Assembly (NCBI GenBank): GCA_008680965.1
Contig: NAKE01000001.1
Coordinates: 2,070,865 to 2,134,864, forward strand
DNA from: Collinsella aerofaciens
GTDB lineage: Bacteria > Actinomycetota > Coriobacteriia > Coriobacteriales > Coriobacteriaceae
DNA length: 64,000 nucleotides
Reading direction: 5' to 3'
Shown here: positions 40,427 to 48,849 of the stretch, piece after piece
Layout: the number at the start of each line of letters is the position of its first letter
Numbering within the stretch: position 1 is the first letter of the stretch
Translations under genes and position numbers: made by a program
Notes under the pieces: model-generated
The model's input: the letters and a program-made list of their open reading frames with translations, nothing else
The model's database searches: none
Told to the model about the DNA's origin: nothing

Positions 40427-41521
40427 ATGGAGTACAGCAAGAACCCCTTTACCCCAACATTTGGAAGCGTCCCTCCCTTTCTAGCGGGTCGCGAGCATAT
40501 CCTGCGCGACATCAACCGTGGCTTTATCAACGGCCCAGGAGATCCCAACCTGTCGACCATTTTTACTGGCGCAAGGGGAACGGGCAAGACGGCACTTCTC
40601 TCGCTCCTTTCAGAAACAGCGCTTGAACACGACTGGATCGCAGCAAATGTCTCCGCCATGCCAGGCATGCTCGAAGATATTATCGAGCGAACCAAAGAAG
40701 CCGCAGATAGCTACCTCTCACAGCCTCACGCGCGCATAAACGGTGTTCAAATTGGCCCAGTGGGCATCGATTGGACATACGCTCAAGAGGCTCAGGGCAA
40801 CTGGCGCACGCGCATGAATGGCATCTTTAAGCAACTCGAAAAACATGACATCGGACTTCTCATCACCATCGATGAAGTCACCGTCGATCTCGAAGAAATG
40901 CTTCAATTTGCCTCTGTTTACCAGCACTTTGTACGCGAAGGTAAAAAAGTTGCCCTACTCATGGCAGGACTGCCCTACAAAGTATCGGCGTTGCTACGTA
41001 ACGATTCCGTCTCGTTCCTCAGACGCTCCCAGTATCATCAGCTGGGACGAATCACTGATGTTGAGATTGCAAATGCATTTCGTAAAACCATTGAAGCAGG
41101 AGGACGCTCAATCACGCCAGAAGCGCTCGAGGATGCCGTGAAGGCCGTCGACGGATTTCCCTACATGATGCAGCTCGTCGGATACCGCACTTGGGATGTT
41201 TCGGAAAACTCGCCCCAAATCAGTACATCCGATGTCCAGCAGGGTTCTCTGCTTGCCCGTATGGAGCTGCGCGATCGTATTCTCGAAACGACCTATCAGG
41301 AGCTTTCCGATAAAGACATTGAGTTTTTGCTCGCGATGCTGCCCGATTCTGGCCCCAGCAGGGTCTCGGAGATAGCCAAACGCATGGGCGTCGCCAGCAA
41401 CTACGCAAGCCAATACAAACGCCGCCTCCTCGAGGACGGCGTTATCGGGGAACGTGGACGTGGCCTCGTCGGCTTCGACATCCCCGCGTTCAGGGAATTC
41501 TTGAACGAGAAGGCGTTTTAG
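40427..41521 (+). CDS. AAA/STAND-like ATP-binding protein with C-terminal winged-helix domain (Arch_ATPase/AAA_16-like)
   Basis: FTPTFGSVPPFLAGRE, Walker A GARGTGKTAL, Walker B LLITIDEV, and a C-terminal wHTH (VSEIAKRMGVASNYASQYKRRLLEDGVI). AT-richer than its neighbours. Confidence 0.65.
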   Translation: MEYSKNPFTPTFGSVPPFLAGREHILRDINRGFINGPGDPNLSTIFTGARGTGKTALLSLLSETALEHDWIAANVSAMPGMLEDIIERTKEAADSYLSQPHARINGVQIGPVGIDWTYAQEAQGNWRTRMNGIFKQLEKHDIGLLITIDEVTVDLEEMLQFASVYQHFVREGKKVALLMAGLPYKVSALLRNDSVSFLRRSQYHQLGRITDVEIANAFRKTIEAGGRSITPEALEDAVKAVDGFPYMMQLVGYRTWDVSENSPQISTSDVQQGSLLARMELRDRILETTYQELSDKDIEFLLAMLPDSGPSRVSEIAKRMGVASNYASQYKRRLLEDGVIGERGRGLVGFDIPAFREFLNEKAF

Positions 41522-41629
41522 CACACCGGAATTGTCCGCGGGAGCATCGTTGCATGGCAATCAGCAATCCTCTTGGTAAGGGCAGCAAGCATTTCCGCTT
41601 GTGCTGATTGCCATGCGCTCCTCTTGTCC

Positions 41630-42160
41630 TTAGGCGAGCTTGCGGGCGAGCTCGCGCACCTCTTCCAACTTAGGCGAGGAGGCCATGCTGTCGCGCTCGG
41701 TCATGCCGCTAATGGTGACAATGCCCTGGTCCTCCCACTTGCAGTACGCGCAGGTTGACTTGTACATGGCAATCGCCGCATCATAGACACCCTCGCTGTG
41801 GCTATCGAGCAAAAGGGCCGTCTTGGTGAACGGGAAACCCGTGGCACCGAAGGCGTACAGGCGGTCGATGGCGGTCTTTTCCTGCGCAGTGATATCAAAC
41901 CAGTAGATAGGCGAAGCGAAGACAACCATGTCGGTGTCTTTCAGCGACTCAATCACGTTGGCCATGTCATCCTTCTGCACGCAGACGCCCTCATGGGCGA
42001 AGCAGTACTGGCATCCCAAGCAGCCGGCGATCTTCTTGCTGGCAACGCGGATGACCTCGACCGTATGGCCGCCCTCACGCGCGGTCTCGGCAAACGCCTC
42101 GACCATGGTATCGGTATTGGCGCCCTTACGCGGGCTGCCGCTCAATACAACGATATTCAT
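41630..42160 (-). CDS. flavodoxin-like fold NAD(P)H-dependent FMN reductase / iron-sulfur flavoprotein family protein
   Basis: MNIVVLSGSPRKGANT followed by the CLGCQYC cysteine cluster. Confidence 0.75.
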   Translation of the reverse strand: MNIVVLSGSPRKGANTDTMVEAFAETAREGGHTVEVIRVASKKIAGCLGCQYCFAHEGVCVQKDDMANVIESLKDTDMVVFASPIYWFDITAQEKTAIDRLYAFGATGFPFTKTALLLDSHSEGVYDAAIAMYKSTCAYCKWEDQGIVTISGMTERDSMASSPKLEEVRELARKLA

Positions 42161-42364
42161 AGGATTCCCTCTCCTTCATGCTGCAGGCGCGCAGCATTTT
42201 TTCTTGTAACCAAAACAAATGGGGTTAATCAATCGCCAGCAGGCCATATCTCTTGCTCAAGTTCCCTAAAGAAGCTCAAGGCGATTGCGATTGCCTTATA
42301 CAACATCGAAAACCAAAGAGGGGCCATAGCAACGTCGCCTGCCTGAAATGGCACGCTGTCAAGA

Positions 42365-42916
42365 TCAACTACGGGGATCGTGACGAGCCGATACCGCCCG
42401 CATGCCCCCTTCGGAATAGGCGCTGAGCAGCTCCTGAGCGTGGGCAAACTCGGGCCCTCGCCTCCAACCGAGCAGGCGGTTGACCGCGAGATTTCCCTGG
42501 ACGTTGTGGACGAAGAGCAGATAGGCGTCCTCGCGCGAAAGCCCAGTCTCCTCCATGATCGAGGGAACCATCTGCTCGGCGCCGCGCTCGACGACGCGCT
42601 GTGCCACCCGGGCGTACGCGTCGTCATCCGAGTAGAGCAGATAATAGTCATCGTTTGCCGGCGGACGCTGGCAGAGGGCACCCGCCTCCGTTCCCTCGAG
42701 CGGCGGCACCGCCGCCAAGGCCTCGTCGATAAGCGCGTCGAGCAGGGCGAACTTGTCCTCGTAGTGCAGATAGAACGTGCCACGGTTGATATCGGCGCGG
42801 CGGCAGATATCCGCTACCGTCATCTTCGCGAAGCCGACCTCGGCCAGCAGCGCGAAGAACGCCTCCCGTATGACCGAGAGTGTATAGCGTCGGCGACGAT
42901 CGATCTTCCCCGCTTC
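42365..42916 (-). CDS. TetR/AcrR family transcriptional regulator
   Basis: HTH FAKMTVADICRRADINRGTFYLHY. Start at MEAGKIDRRR (ATG 42914-42916). Divergent from the SIR2-like operon. Confidence 0.85.
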   Translation of the reverse strand, partial: EAGKIDRRRRYTLSVIREAFFALLAEVGFAKMTVADICRRADINRGTFYLHYEDKFALLDALIDEALAAVPPLEGTEAGALCQRPPANDDYYLLYSDDDAYARVAQRVVERGAEQMVPSIMEETGLSREDAYLLFVHNVQGNLAVNRLLGWRRGPEFAHAQELLSAYSEGGMRAVSARHDPRS

Positions 42917-43022
42917 CATTACCCCTCCAATTGCAACGCTCGACAATGCCCGGCAAACGCTCGTTTATCGACAGCAGGCCGAAGCTGTTCATTGCTCTTA
43001 AGCAAATCGACATGGATACTTT

Positions 43023-43042
43023 TTATAGACACCTGTTTATAA
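43023..43042. promoter_or_regulatory. candidate TetR operator TTATAGACA-CC-TGTTTATAA
   Basis: 8/9 inverted repeat in the TetR/SIR2-like divergent intergenic region. An almost identical motif recurs next to the decayed TetR copy near 46050-46070. Confidence 0.45.
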
Positions 43043-43062
43043 TAGCTGAAAGAAGGTATCCA

Positions 43063-44028
43063 GTGACCCTGTACGAGCAGCTCGTTATCGAGCTCACCAA
43101 CCAATCGTTTTCCCTTCAGGCCGCCTACCGCAGCGGCGGCACGCCCTATGAGCTGAGTGACCGCGAGCCCGAGCCCTACGACCAGCAAATCAGGGACTTC
43201 GCCCGCATGATCGAGGAAGCCGATTGCGTGCTGGTGGGCGGGGCCTCTGGGCTCTCCGCGGCGGGCGGCGGCGACTTCTATTACGAGGACAACGCAACCT
43301 ATCGCAGGCATTTCGGCAAATTCGCCGAGCGCTACGGTTTCAAGGGCGCTTTCGAGGGGTCGTTCTACCGCTGGCCCACCGCCGAGGCGCGCTGGGGATA
43401 CCTCGCCACCTTCCTCGACACCACGCTCAACGCCCCGCTGCGCAAGCCCTACAAGGACCTCGACGCCATTCTCGCCGAGAAGGATTTCTTCGTGCTCACC
43501 ACCAACCAGGACACGCAGTTTGTGAAGCTCTATCCCTGGGAGAAAGTGGCAGAGATCCAAGGCGACCACCGCTTCTTTCAGTGCTCCCGCTGTTGCACCG
43601 ACGCGGTGTGGGATGCGGTCGAGCCGGTCTCCAACATGGTAGAGGCCATGGGAGGCGGCCTTGAGGTTCCGACAGAGCTCGTGCCGCGCTGCCCGCACTG
43701 CGGGGCAGAGGCGTTCCCCTGGGTTCGCGGCTACGGCAACTTCCTGCAGGGCGAACTCTACGAGGAGCAGTACCGCAAGGTGTCCGACTGGCTCGACGCG
43801 CACGCACGGCAGAGGATCCTCTTCCTCGAGCTGGGTGTGGGCCGCATGACGCCCGCGTTTATCCAGGAGCCGTTCTGGGCCCTCACGGCGCAGTTACCGC
43901 AGGCCAGCTACATCGCCGTAAACAACAAGACGCAGTTTCTCCCCCGCGCGATCGAGGATCGGGGGCTCGCCGTTCGCGCCGACATCGCCGACGTGCTCGC
44001 CGACGTGCGCAAGACGCTGGGGAGGTAG
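43063..44028 (+). CDS. SIR2-like (sirtuin-fold) protein, paralog A, with Zn-ribbon cysteines
   Basis: GTG 43063, aligned with the ATG of the decayed copy at 46089. Gly-rich NAD loop VLVGGASGLSAAGG, TTNQD (TQNID-like), CSRCC...CPHCG, and LELGVG. Confidence 0.7.
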   Translation: MTLYEQLVIELTNQSFSLQAAYRSGGTPYELSDREPEPYDQQIRDFARMIEEADCVLVGGASGLSAAGGGDFYYEDNATYRRHFGKFAERYGFKGAFEGSFYRWPTAEARWGYLATFLDTTLNAPLRKPYKDLDAILAEKDFFVLTTNQDTQFVKLYPWEKVAEIQGDHRFFQCSRCCTDAVWDAVEPVSNMVEAMGGGLEVPTELVPRCPHCGAEAFPWVRGYGNFLQGELYEEQYRKVSDWLDAHARQRILFLELGVGRMTPAFIQEPFWALTAQLPQASYIAVNNKTQFLPRAIEDRGLAVRADIADVLADVRKTLGR

Positions 44029-44031
44029 CGC

Positions 44032-44730
44032 ATGGAGACGGCGAAAGCAGTTCGCATAGGCAGGGCGCTAGCCGAAGCGGATCTTGTCATCATCGGCGCT
44101 AGCAACGGACTCGACATGGCGGAGGGGCTCAACCTTTTCTGCGCCGATGCTCATTTCCAAGAGGCGTACGGGGACCTCGCCCAGGCAGACGGCATCGGCT
44201 GCATACTGCAGGGGCTCGCTTCCCCGGATGCCAGCGTGCGACGCCGATGGGCCGAGCGGTTCCATCAAAAGGAGTATCTCGAATATGAGCCCGGCTCGCT
44301 CATGAACGGGCTGCGGCGTCTTACGGAGCACGCCGACACCTTCGTGGTCACATGCAACATCGACGGGCACTTCGCGCGCGCCGGGTTCGACGAGGAGCGC
44401 GTGCTCGAAACGGAGGGGAGCATACGCACGTCGATCGACGAGCGGCGTCTCGCCCATCCAGACGCCCTCGCCACGGCCCAGCTCGAGGAGCTCGAGCGCC
44501 TTGTGCAAGCCCATCGCAACGGCAGGGTCGCCATCCTCGAACTTGGCGTGGGACTGCGCAACGGCATCATAAAGCACATGCTCGCCCAGATCGCGAACGT
44601 CTGCGAGCACGCCACCTACATCGTGTTCAACTACAGCCAGGCTATGGCGCCCGATGCATCGTGCGAGACGATTCTCGTTGACGGCGATATGGCCCCGGAT
44701 TTCGAGGAGATCGCCCGATGCCACCCCTAG
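44032..44730 (+). CDS. SIR2-like protein, paralog B (no Zn-ribbon cysteines)
   Basis: Starts 4 nt after the paralog A stop. Motifs VIIGASNGLDMAEG, VVTCNIDGHF and ILELGVG. Confidence 0.65.
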   Translation: METAKAVRIGRALAEADLVIIGASNGLDMAEGLNLFCADAHFQEAYGDLAQADGIGCILQGLASPDASVRRRWAERFHQKEYLEYEPGSLMNGLRRLTEHADTFVVTCNIDGHFARAGFDEERVLETEGSIRTSIDERRLAHPDALATAQLEELERLVQAHRNGRVAILELGVGLRNGIIKHMLAQIANVCEHATYIVFNYSQAMAPDASCETILVDGDMAPDFEEIARCHP

Positions 44731-45566
44731 AAAGAGAAGCGCGTAGGCTTCGAAGCCTTATCGACGATGCCGACGCCATCATCGTCGGCATCGGCTCGGG
44801 CATGTCGAGCGCCGCCGGGTTCAACCATTACAACCGCGCGGGCATGGCGCGCGCAGGAATGGCGGACTGGCAGCAAGCCTTTGGCTTCAAGAGCCTTTTC
44901 GACGGCTTCTACCACCTCTACCCCAGCCTCGAGCAGCAATGGGCCTACTACGCGCGATATATCGATTTCATGCTGCGCGAGCCGACCTCGCAGCCCTATC
45001 TCGACCTACGGTCCCTCATCGGCCATAAGGATTACTTCATCCTGAGCACCAATGTAGACACCCAAGTCGAGAAGACGTTTCCCGACGAGAGAACCTGTAA
45101 CTATCAGGGAAGCTTCGCGCACCTTCAGTGCAAGCAGCCATGCTGTGACGAGCTCTTCGACGCGAGCCCCTACGTCGAACGCATGCTCGCGGGCATGGCG
45201 GGGTTCGAGGTCCTCAGCGAGGATATCCCCCGATGCCCGCATTGCGGCTGGCAGCTTGTGCCGTGGGTGCGCGACGACACGTTTCTGCAGGGTGCGGCCT
45301 GGCGCGAGAGCCTCGGACGATACGAGCGCTTCGTGTGCGAGCACAGCGATCACCGCGTGCTGTTGTTGGAGCTCGGCGTAGGCGAGATGACCCCCGGCAT
45401 CATCACGCTCCCGTTCTGGAGCATGACCGCGAAGCTGCCGGATGCGCACCTTTTGAGCGTAAACATCTCGGGCGACTCGGCTCCGTTGCAGCTTGGAAGC
45501 AAGGCAGAGGCGATCCAGGCCGATTTGGGCGCCCTGCTCTCGGTGGCGCGGGCAGGTGGCGAGTAA
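44718..45566 (+). CDS. SIR2-like protein, paralog C, with Zn-ribbon cysteines
   Basis: Overlaps paralog B by 13 nt. Motifs IIVGIGSGMSSAAG, LSTNVDTQV, CKQPCC...CPHCG and LLELGVG. Confidence 0.7.
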   Translation: MPPLEREARRLRSLIDDADAIIVGIGSGMSSAAGFNHYNRAGMARAGMADWQQAFGFKSLFDGFYHLYPSLEQQWAYYARYIDFMLREPTSQPYLDLRSLIGHKDYFILSTNVDTQVEKTFPDERTCNYQGSFAHLQCKQPCCDELFDASPYVERMLAGMAGFEVLSEDIPRCPHCGWQLVPWVRDDTFLQGAAWRESLGRYERFVCEHSDHRVLLLELGVGEMTPGIITLPFWSMTAKLPDAHLLSVNISGDSAPLQLGSKAEAIQADLGALLSVARAGGE

Positions 45567-45601
45567 CGCGGAGCGGTAGACGCGCAATGAGGTTTTAGCC
45601 G

Positions 45602-45631
45602 CAGCCTCCGAACGAGAGGGCTCGGAGGCTG
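45602..45631. terminator. 10-bp-stem hairpin between the SIR2-like operon and the decayed TetR copy
   Basis: CAGCCTCCGA-N10-TCGGAGGCTG. No clear T-run. Confidence 0.4.
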
Positions 45632-45659
45632 GTATTCCTGAATCGCAGGTCACGATGGG

Positions 45660-45945
45660 TTATCGGAATCGTGAAGAGCGGATACCGCCAGTAAGCCCCC
45701 TTCGGAATAGGCGTTGAGCAGCTCCTGGGCATGGGCGAACTCGGGGCCTCGTCGATAAGCGCATCGAGCAGCGCGTACTTATCCTCGCAATGCAGATAGA
45801 ACGTTCCCCGGTTGATCTCGGCGCGGCGGCAGATGTCCGCCACCGTCATCTTCGCGAAGCCGACCTCGGCCAGCAGCGCGAAGAACGCCTCCTGTATGAC
45901 CGAGAGGGTGTAGCGCCGCCGGCGGTCGATCTTGGTTTCTCCCAT
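45660..45945 (-). pseudogene. decayed TetR paralog with an internal deletion and frame change
   Basis: MGETKIDRRRRYTLSVIQEAFFALLAEVGFAKMTVADICRRAEINRGTFYLHCEDKYALLDALIDEA matches the intact TetR. The sequence then jumps out of frame to the equivalent of ...GPEFAHAQELL(N/S)AYSEGG..., so roughly the middle third is missing. Confidence 0.8.
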
Positions 45946-46088
45946 CGCCTCTCCAATCTGAGTCGTTTGACAATGTCCAGTAGCTGTTCGTTTATCGACA
46001 GGTGCACGCGTTTGTTCATTGCCCCTGCGAAAATCAACAAGGATACTGTTTATAGACACCTGTTTTTTATAGCTGAAAGGGAGCACGG

Positions 46089-46289
46089 ATGACCCTGTGC
46101 GAGAAGCTCGGCATCGGGCTTGTCAGCCGATCGTTTTCCCATCGGGCCGTCTATCGAAACGGCGGCACGTCATACGATTTGGGCGATTGCGAGCCTGCTG
46201 CTTGCAAGCAAGATATCGAGGTTTTTGCCCGCAAGGTGGGGGAGGCTGATTGCGTGTTTACGGGAGAGGCAGGTAGGCAGGCGTTATGA
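46089..46289 (+). pseudogene. truncated, diverged copy of SIR2-like paralog A (first ~65 codons only)
   Basis: MTLCEKLGIGLVSRSFSHRAVYRNGGTSYDLGDCEPAACKQDIEVFARKVGEADCVFTGEAG aligns with VTLYEQLVIELTNQSFSLQAAYRSGGTPYELSDREPEPYDQQIRDFARMIEEADCVLVGGASG. Homology ends where the AT-richer cassette begins. Confidence 0.75.
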
Positions 46290-46975
46290 GCATCTGCATC
46301 AAAAATCAGATTCAGAATATGAATATCGTCATCGGCTGCACGGTGGGGTGTCCATATTGCTATGCCCGTAACAATGTGAAACGTTGGCATATGATTGACG
46401 ACTTCGCTGATCCTGCGTTCTTCCCGAGCAAGCTCAAGATGATGGAAAAGAAACGCCCGCAGAACTTTCTCCTTACCGGCATGAGCGATCTCTCCGGGTG
46501 GAAGCTGGAATGGCGAGACGAGGTATTTGCAAAGATCCATGAGAATCCACAGCATCAGTTCCTGTTCCTGACCAAGAGACCCGATTTGCTGGATTTAGAT
46601 ACCGACCTGGAAAACGCATGGTTCGGCGTTACGGTGACGAGGAAAGCGGAGCTGTGGCGTATCGACGCCCTTCGGAAAAACGTCAAAGCAAATCACTTCT
46701 TCGTTACTTTTGAGCCGCTATTCGACGATCCCGGTACGGTCGACCTTTCCGGAATCAACTGGATCGTCGTCGGTACCATGACCGGGGCGCAGAGCAGGAA
46801 GGTTCATACGGAACCGGAGTGGGCATGGTCTTTGACGGACCAGGCTCACGCGCTTGGCATTCCAATGTTTATGAAGGAAGACCTCGTCTCTGTCATAGGG
46901 GACGAAAACATGATTCAGGAATTGCCGGAAGAATTCGAAAGAGTGCTGGAGGTGCAGAGAACATGGCGGAAGTGA
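46286..46975 (+). CDS. DUF5131 / phage Gp37-Gp68 family three-Cys-motif protein
   Basis: N-terminal CTVGCPYC (CxxxCxxC), WFGVTV and INWIVVG blocks, ~229 aa. AT-richer than flanking DNA. Confidence 0.65.
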   Translation: MSICIKNQIQNMNIVIGCTVGCPYCYARNNVKRWHMIDDFADPAFFPSKLKMMEKKRPQNFLLTGMSDLSGWKLEWRDEVFAKIHENPQHQFLFLTKRPDLLDLDTDLENAWFGVTVTRKAELWRIDALRKNVKANHFFVTFEPLFDDPGTVDLSGINWIVVGTMTGAQSRKVHTEPEWAWSLTDQAHALGIPMFMKEDLVSVIGDENMIQELPEEFERVLEVQRTWRK

Positions 46976-47904
46976 TTGATGGAATCCTCATCAATGAGGT
47001 GGAAGCAAAGAACATCATGACCAAGTCCAGCCTGCCGGTAGGCGGCTACTCGGTCAATCCCTATGTGGGCTGCACGCATGCCTGCAAGTATTGCTATGCC
47101 TCCTTTATGAAGCGCTTTACCGGACACAAGGAGGAATGGGGCACCTTTCTTGATGTGAAGCATTGGCCGGAAATCAAGAATCCGAAGAAATACGCTGGAC
47201 AGCGGGTGGTTATCGGTTCTGTGACGGATGGCTACAATCCACAGGAGGAGCGATTCGGGAATACCAGGAAACTCCTGGAGCAGCTGATTGGCAGCGATGC
47301 AGATATTCTGATCTGCACAAAGTCCGATCTTGTGGTACGGGATATCGATCTGCTGAAGAGGCTTGGACGAGTGACCGTTTCATGGTCGATCAACACGCTG
47401 GATGAGAACTTCAAGAACGATATGGACTCCGCGTCGAGCATCGAGCGTCGTATCGCTGCTATGAAGCAGGTGTATGACGAAGGTATCCGTACGGTCTGCT
47501 TCGTGTCCCCGGTATTTCCCGGCATCACGGATTTTGAGATGATTTTTGAGCGAGTAAAAGATCGGTGCGATTTGTTTTGGCTCGAAAATCTCAATCTTCG
47601 GGGTGGTTTCAAAAAAGCGATCCTGGATTATATCGCCGAGAAACATCCCAATCTCGTACCGCTTTACGATGAGATCTATAACAAGCGCAACCGTAGCTAT
47701 TTTGAAGCGCTTGAAGTAAAAGCCGAGGAAATGGCCAAGAAGTACGATTGCCCCTTTGTGGACAACGAAATGCCTTATGGCAGAGTCCCCCAGGGGCATC
47801 CGGTGATCGTGGACTACTTCTATCACGAGGAAGTCCGAGGGTCAGATAATAGCGGAAAAGAAATCGTTAAACGGAAACCGACGACGATTCGCTCGAGCGA
47901 TTAG
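46963..47904 (+). CDS. radical SAM protein of the SPL/DNA-photolyase-like (COG1533-type) group
   Basis: ATG 46963 overlaps the upstream stop by 13 nt. SVNPYVGCTHACKYCYA (CxxxCxxC); TIM-barrel-length body. Confidence 0.65.
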   Translation: MAEVIDGILINEVEAKNIMTKSSLPVGGYSVNPYVGCTHACKYCYASFMKRFTGHKEEWGTFLDVKHWPEIKNPKKYAGQRVVIGSVTDGYNPQEERFGNTRKLLEQLIGSDADILICTKSDLVVRDIDLLKRLGRVTVSWSINTLDENFKNDMDSASSIERRIAAMKQVYDEGIRTVCFVSPVFPGITDFEMIFERVKDRCDLFWLENLNLRGGFKKAILDYIAEKHPNLVPLYDEIYNKRNRSYFEALEVKAEEMAKKYDCPFVDNEMPYGRVPQGHPVIVDYFYHEEVRGSDNSGKEIVKRKPTTIRSSD

Positions 47905-48099
47905 CGTCCACGCGTGGCTTCTGCCGATTGGCGCAACGGGCGACAGATTAAGGGATCGCTCGGGCGGATGATCCCGCTGCAGTACAGGCGGTCGCTCAAT
48001 TTAGCGGCATGAGCGTTTTCGCACGGAAAACCAGTATCCCCTGTGCCGAGTTTAATCGTAGCGAATACAATGGGCACTGAGCATCAATCGAAAGTAGTC

Positions 48100-48816
48100 A
48101 AGAGCCTTTTCGACGGCTTCTACCACCTCTACCCCAGCCTCGAGCAGCAATGGGCATACTACGCGCGATATATCGACTTCATGCTGCGCGAGCCGACCTC
48201 GCAGCCCTATCTCGACCTACGGTCCCTCATCGGCCATAAGGATTACTTCATCCTGAGCACCAATGTAGACACCCAAGTCGAGAAGACGTTTCCCGACGAG
48301 AGAACCTGTAACTATCAGGGAAGCTTCGCGCACCTTCAGTGCAAGCAGCCATGCTGTGACGAGCTCTTCGACGCGAGCCCCTACGTCGAACGCATGCTCG
48401 CGGGCATGGCGGGGTTCGAGGTCCTCAGCGAGGATATCCCCCGATGCCCGCATTGCGGCTGGCAGCTTGTGCCGTGGGTGCGCGACGACACGTTTCTGCA
48501 GGGTGCGGCCTGGCGCGAGAGCCTCGGACGATACGAGCGCTTCGTGTGCGAGCACAGCGATCACCGCGTGCTGTTGTTGGAGCTCGGCGTAGGCGAGATG
48601 ACCCCCGGCATCATCACGCTCCCGTTCTGGAGCATGACCGCGAAGCTGCCGGATGCGCACCTTTTGAGCGTAAACATCTCGGGCGACTCGGCTCCGTTGC
48701 AGCTTGGAAGCAAGGCAGAGGCGATCCAGGCCGATTTGGGCGCCCTGCTCTCGGCGGCGCGGACGGGCGACGAGCAGCGCAGTTCATCGCGCCGTGTTTC
48801 ATGCGTGGACGCTTAA
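48100..48816 (+). pseudogene. 5'-truncated near-identical copy of SIR2-like paralog C
   Basis: 48100-~48766 matches 44887-~45553 with only a few substitutions seen by eye. The Gly-rich NAD-binding N-terminus is missing. The C-terminal ~15 codons and the downstream sequence differ. Confidence 0.8.
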
Positions 48817-48820
48817 ATCA

Positions 48821-48845
48821 AAACCACCCCTAGAAGGGGTGGTTT
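48821..48845 (+). terminator. hairpin AAACCACCCC-TAGAA-GGGGTGGTTT after the truncated SIR2-like copy
   Basis: Perfect 10-bp stem, followed by TTTGCTCTT. Confidence 0.55.
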
Positions 48846-48849
48846 GCTC

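Noticed and set aside
48043-48099. Alternative N-terminus (MPSLIVANTMGTEHQSKVV) that would make the second paralog-C copy a complete gene
   Set aside because: These codons have no counterpart in the intact paralog. The product would lack the Gly-rich NAD-binding loop. The sequence is more likely fortuitous read-in from the junction.
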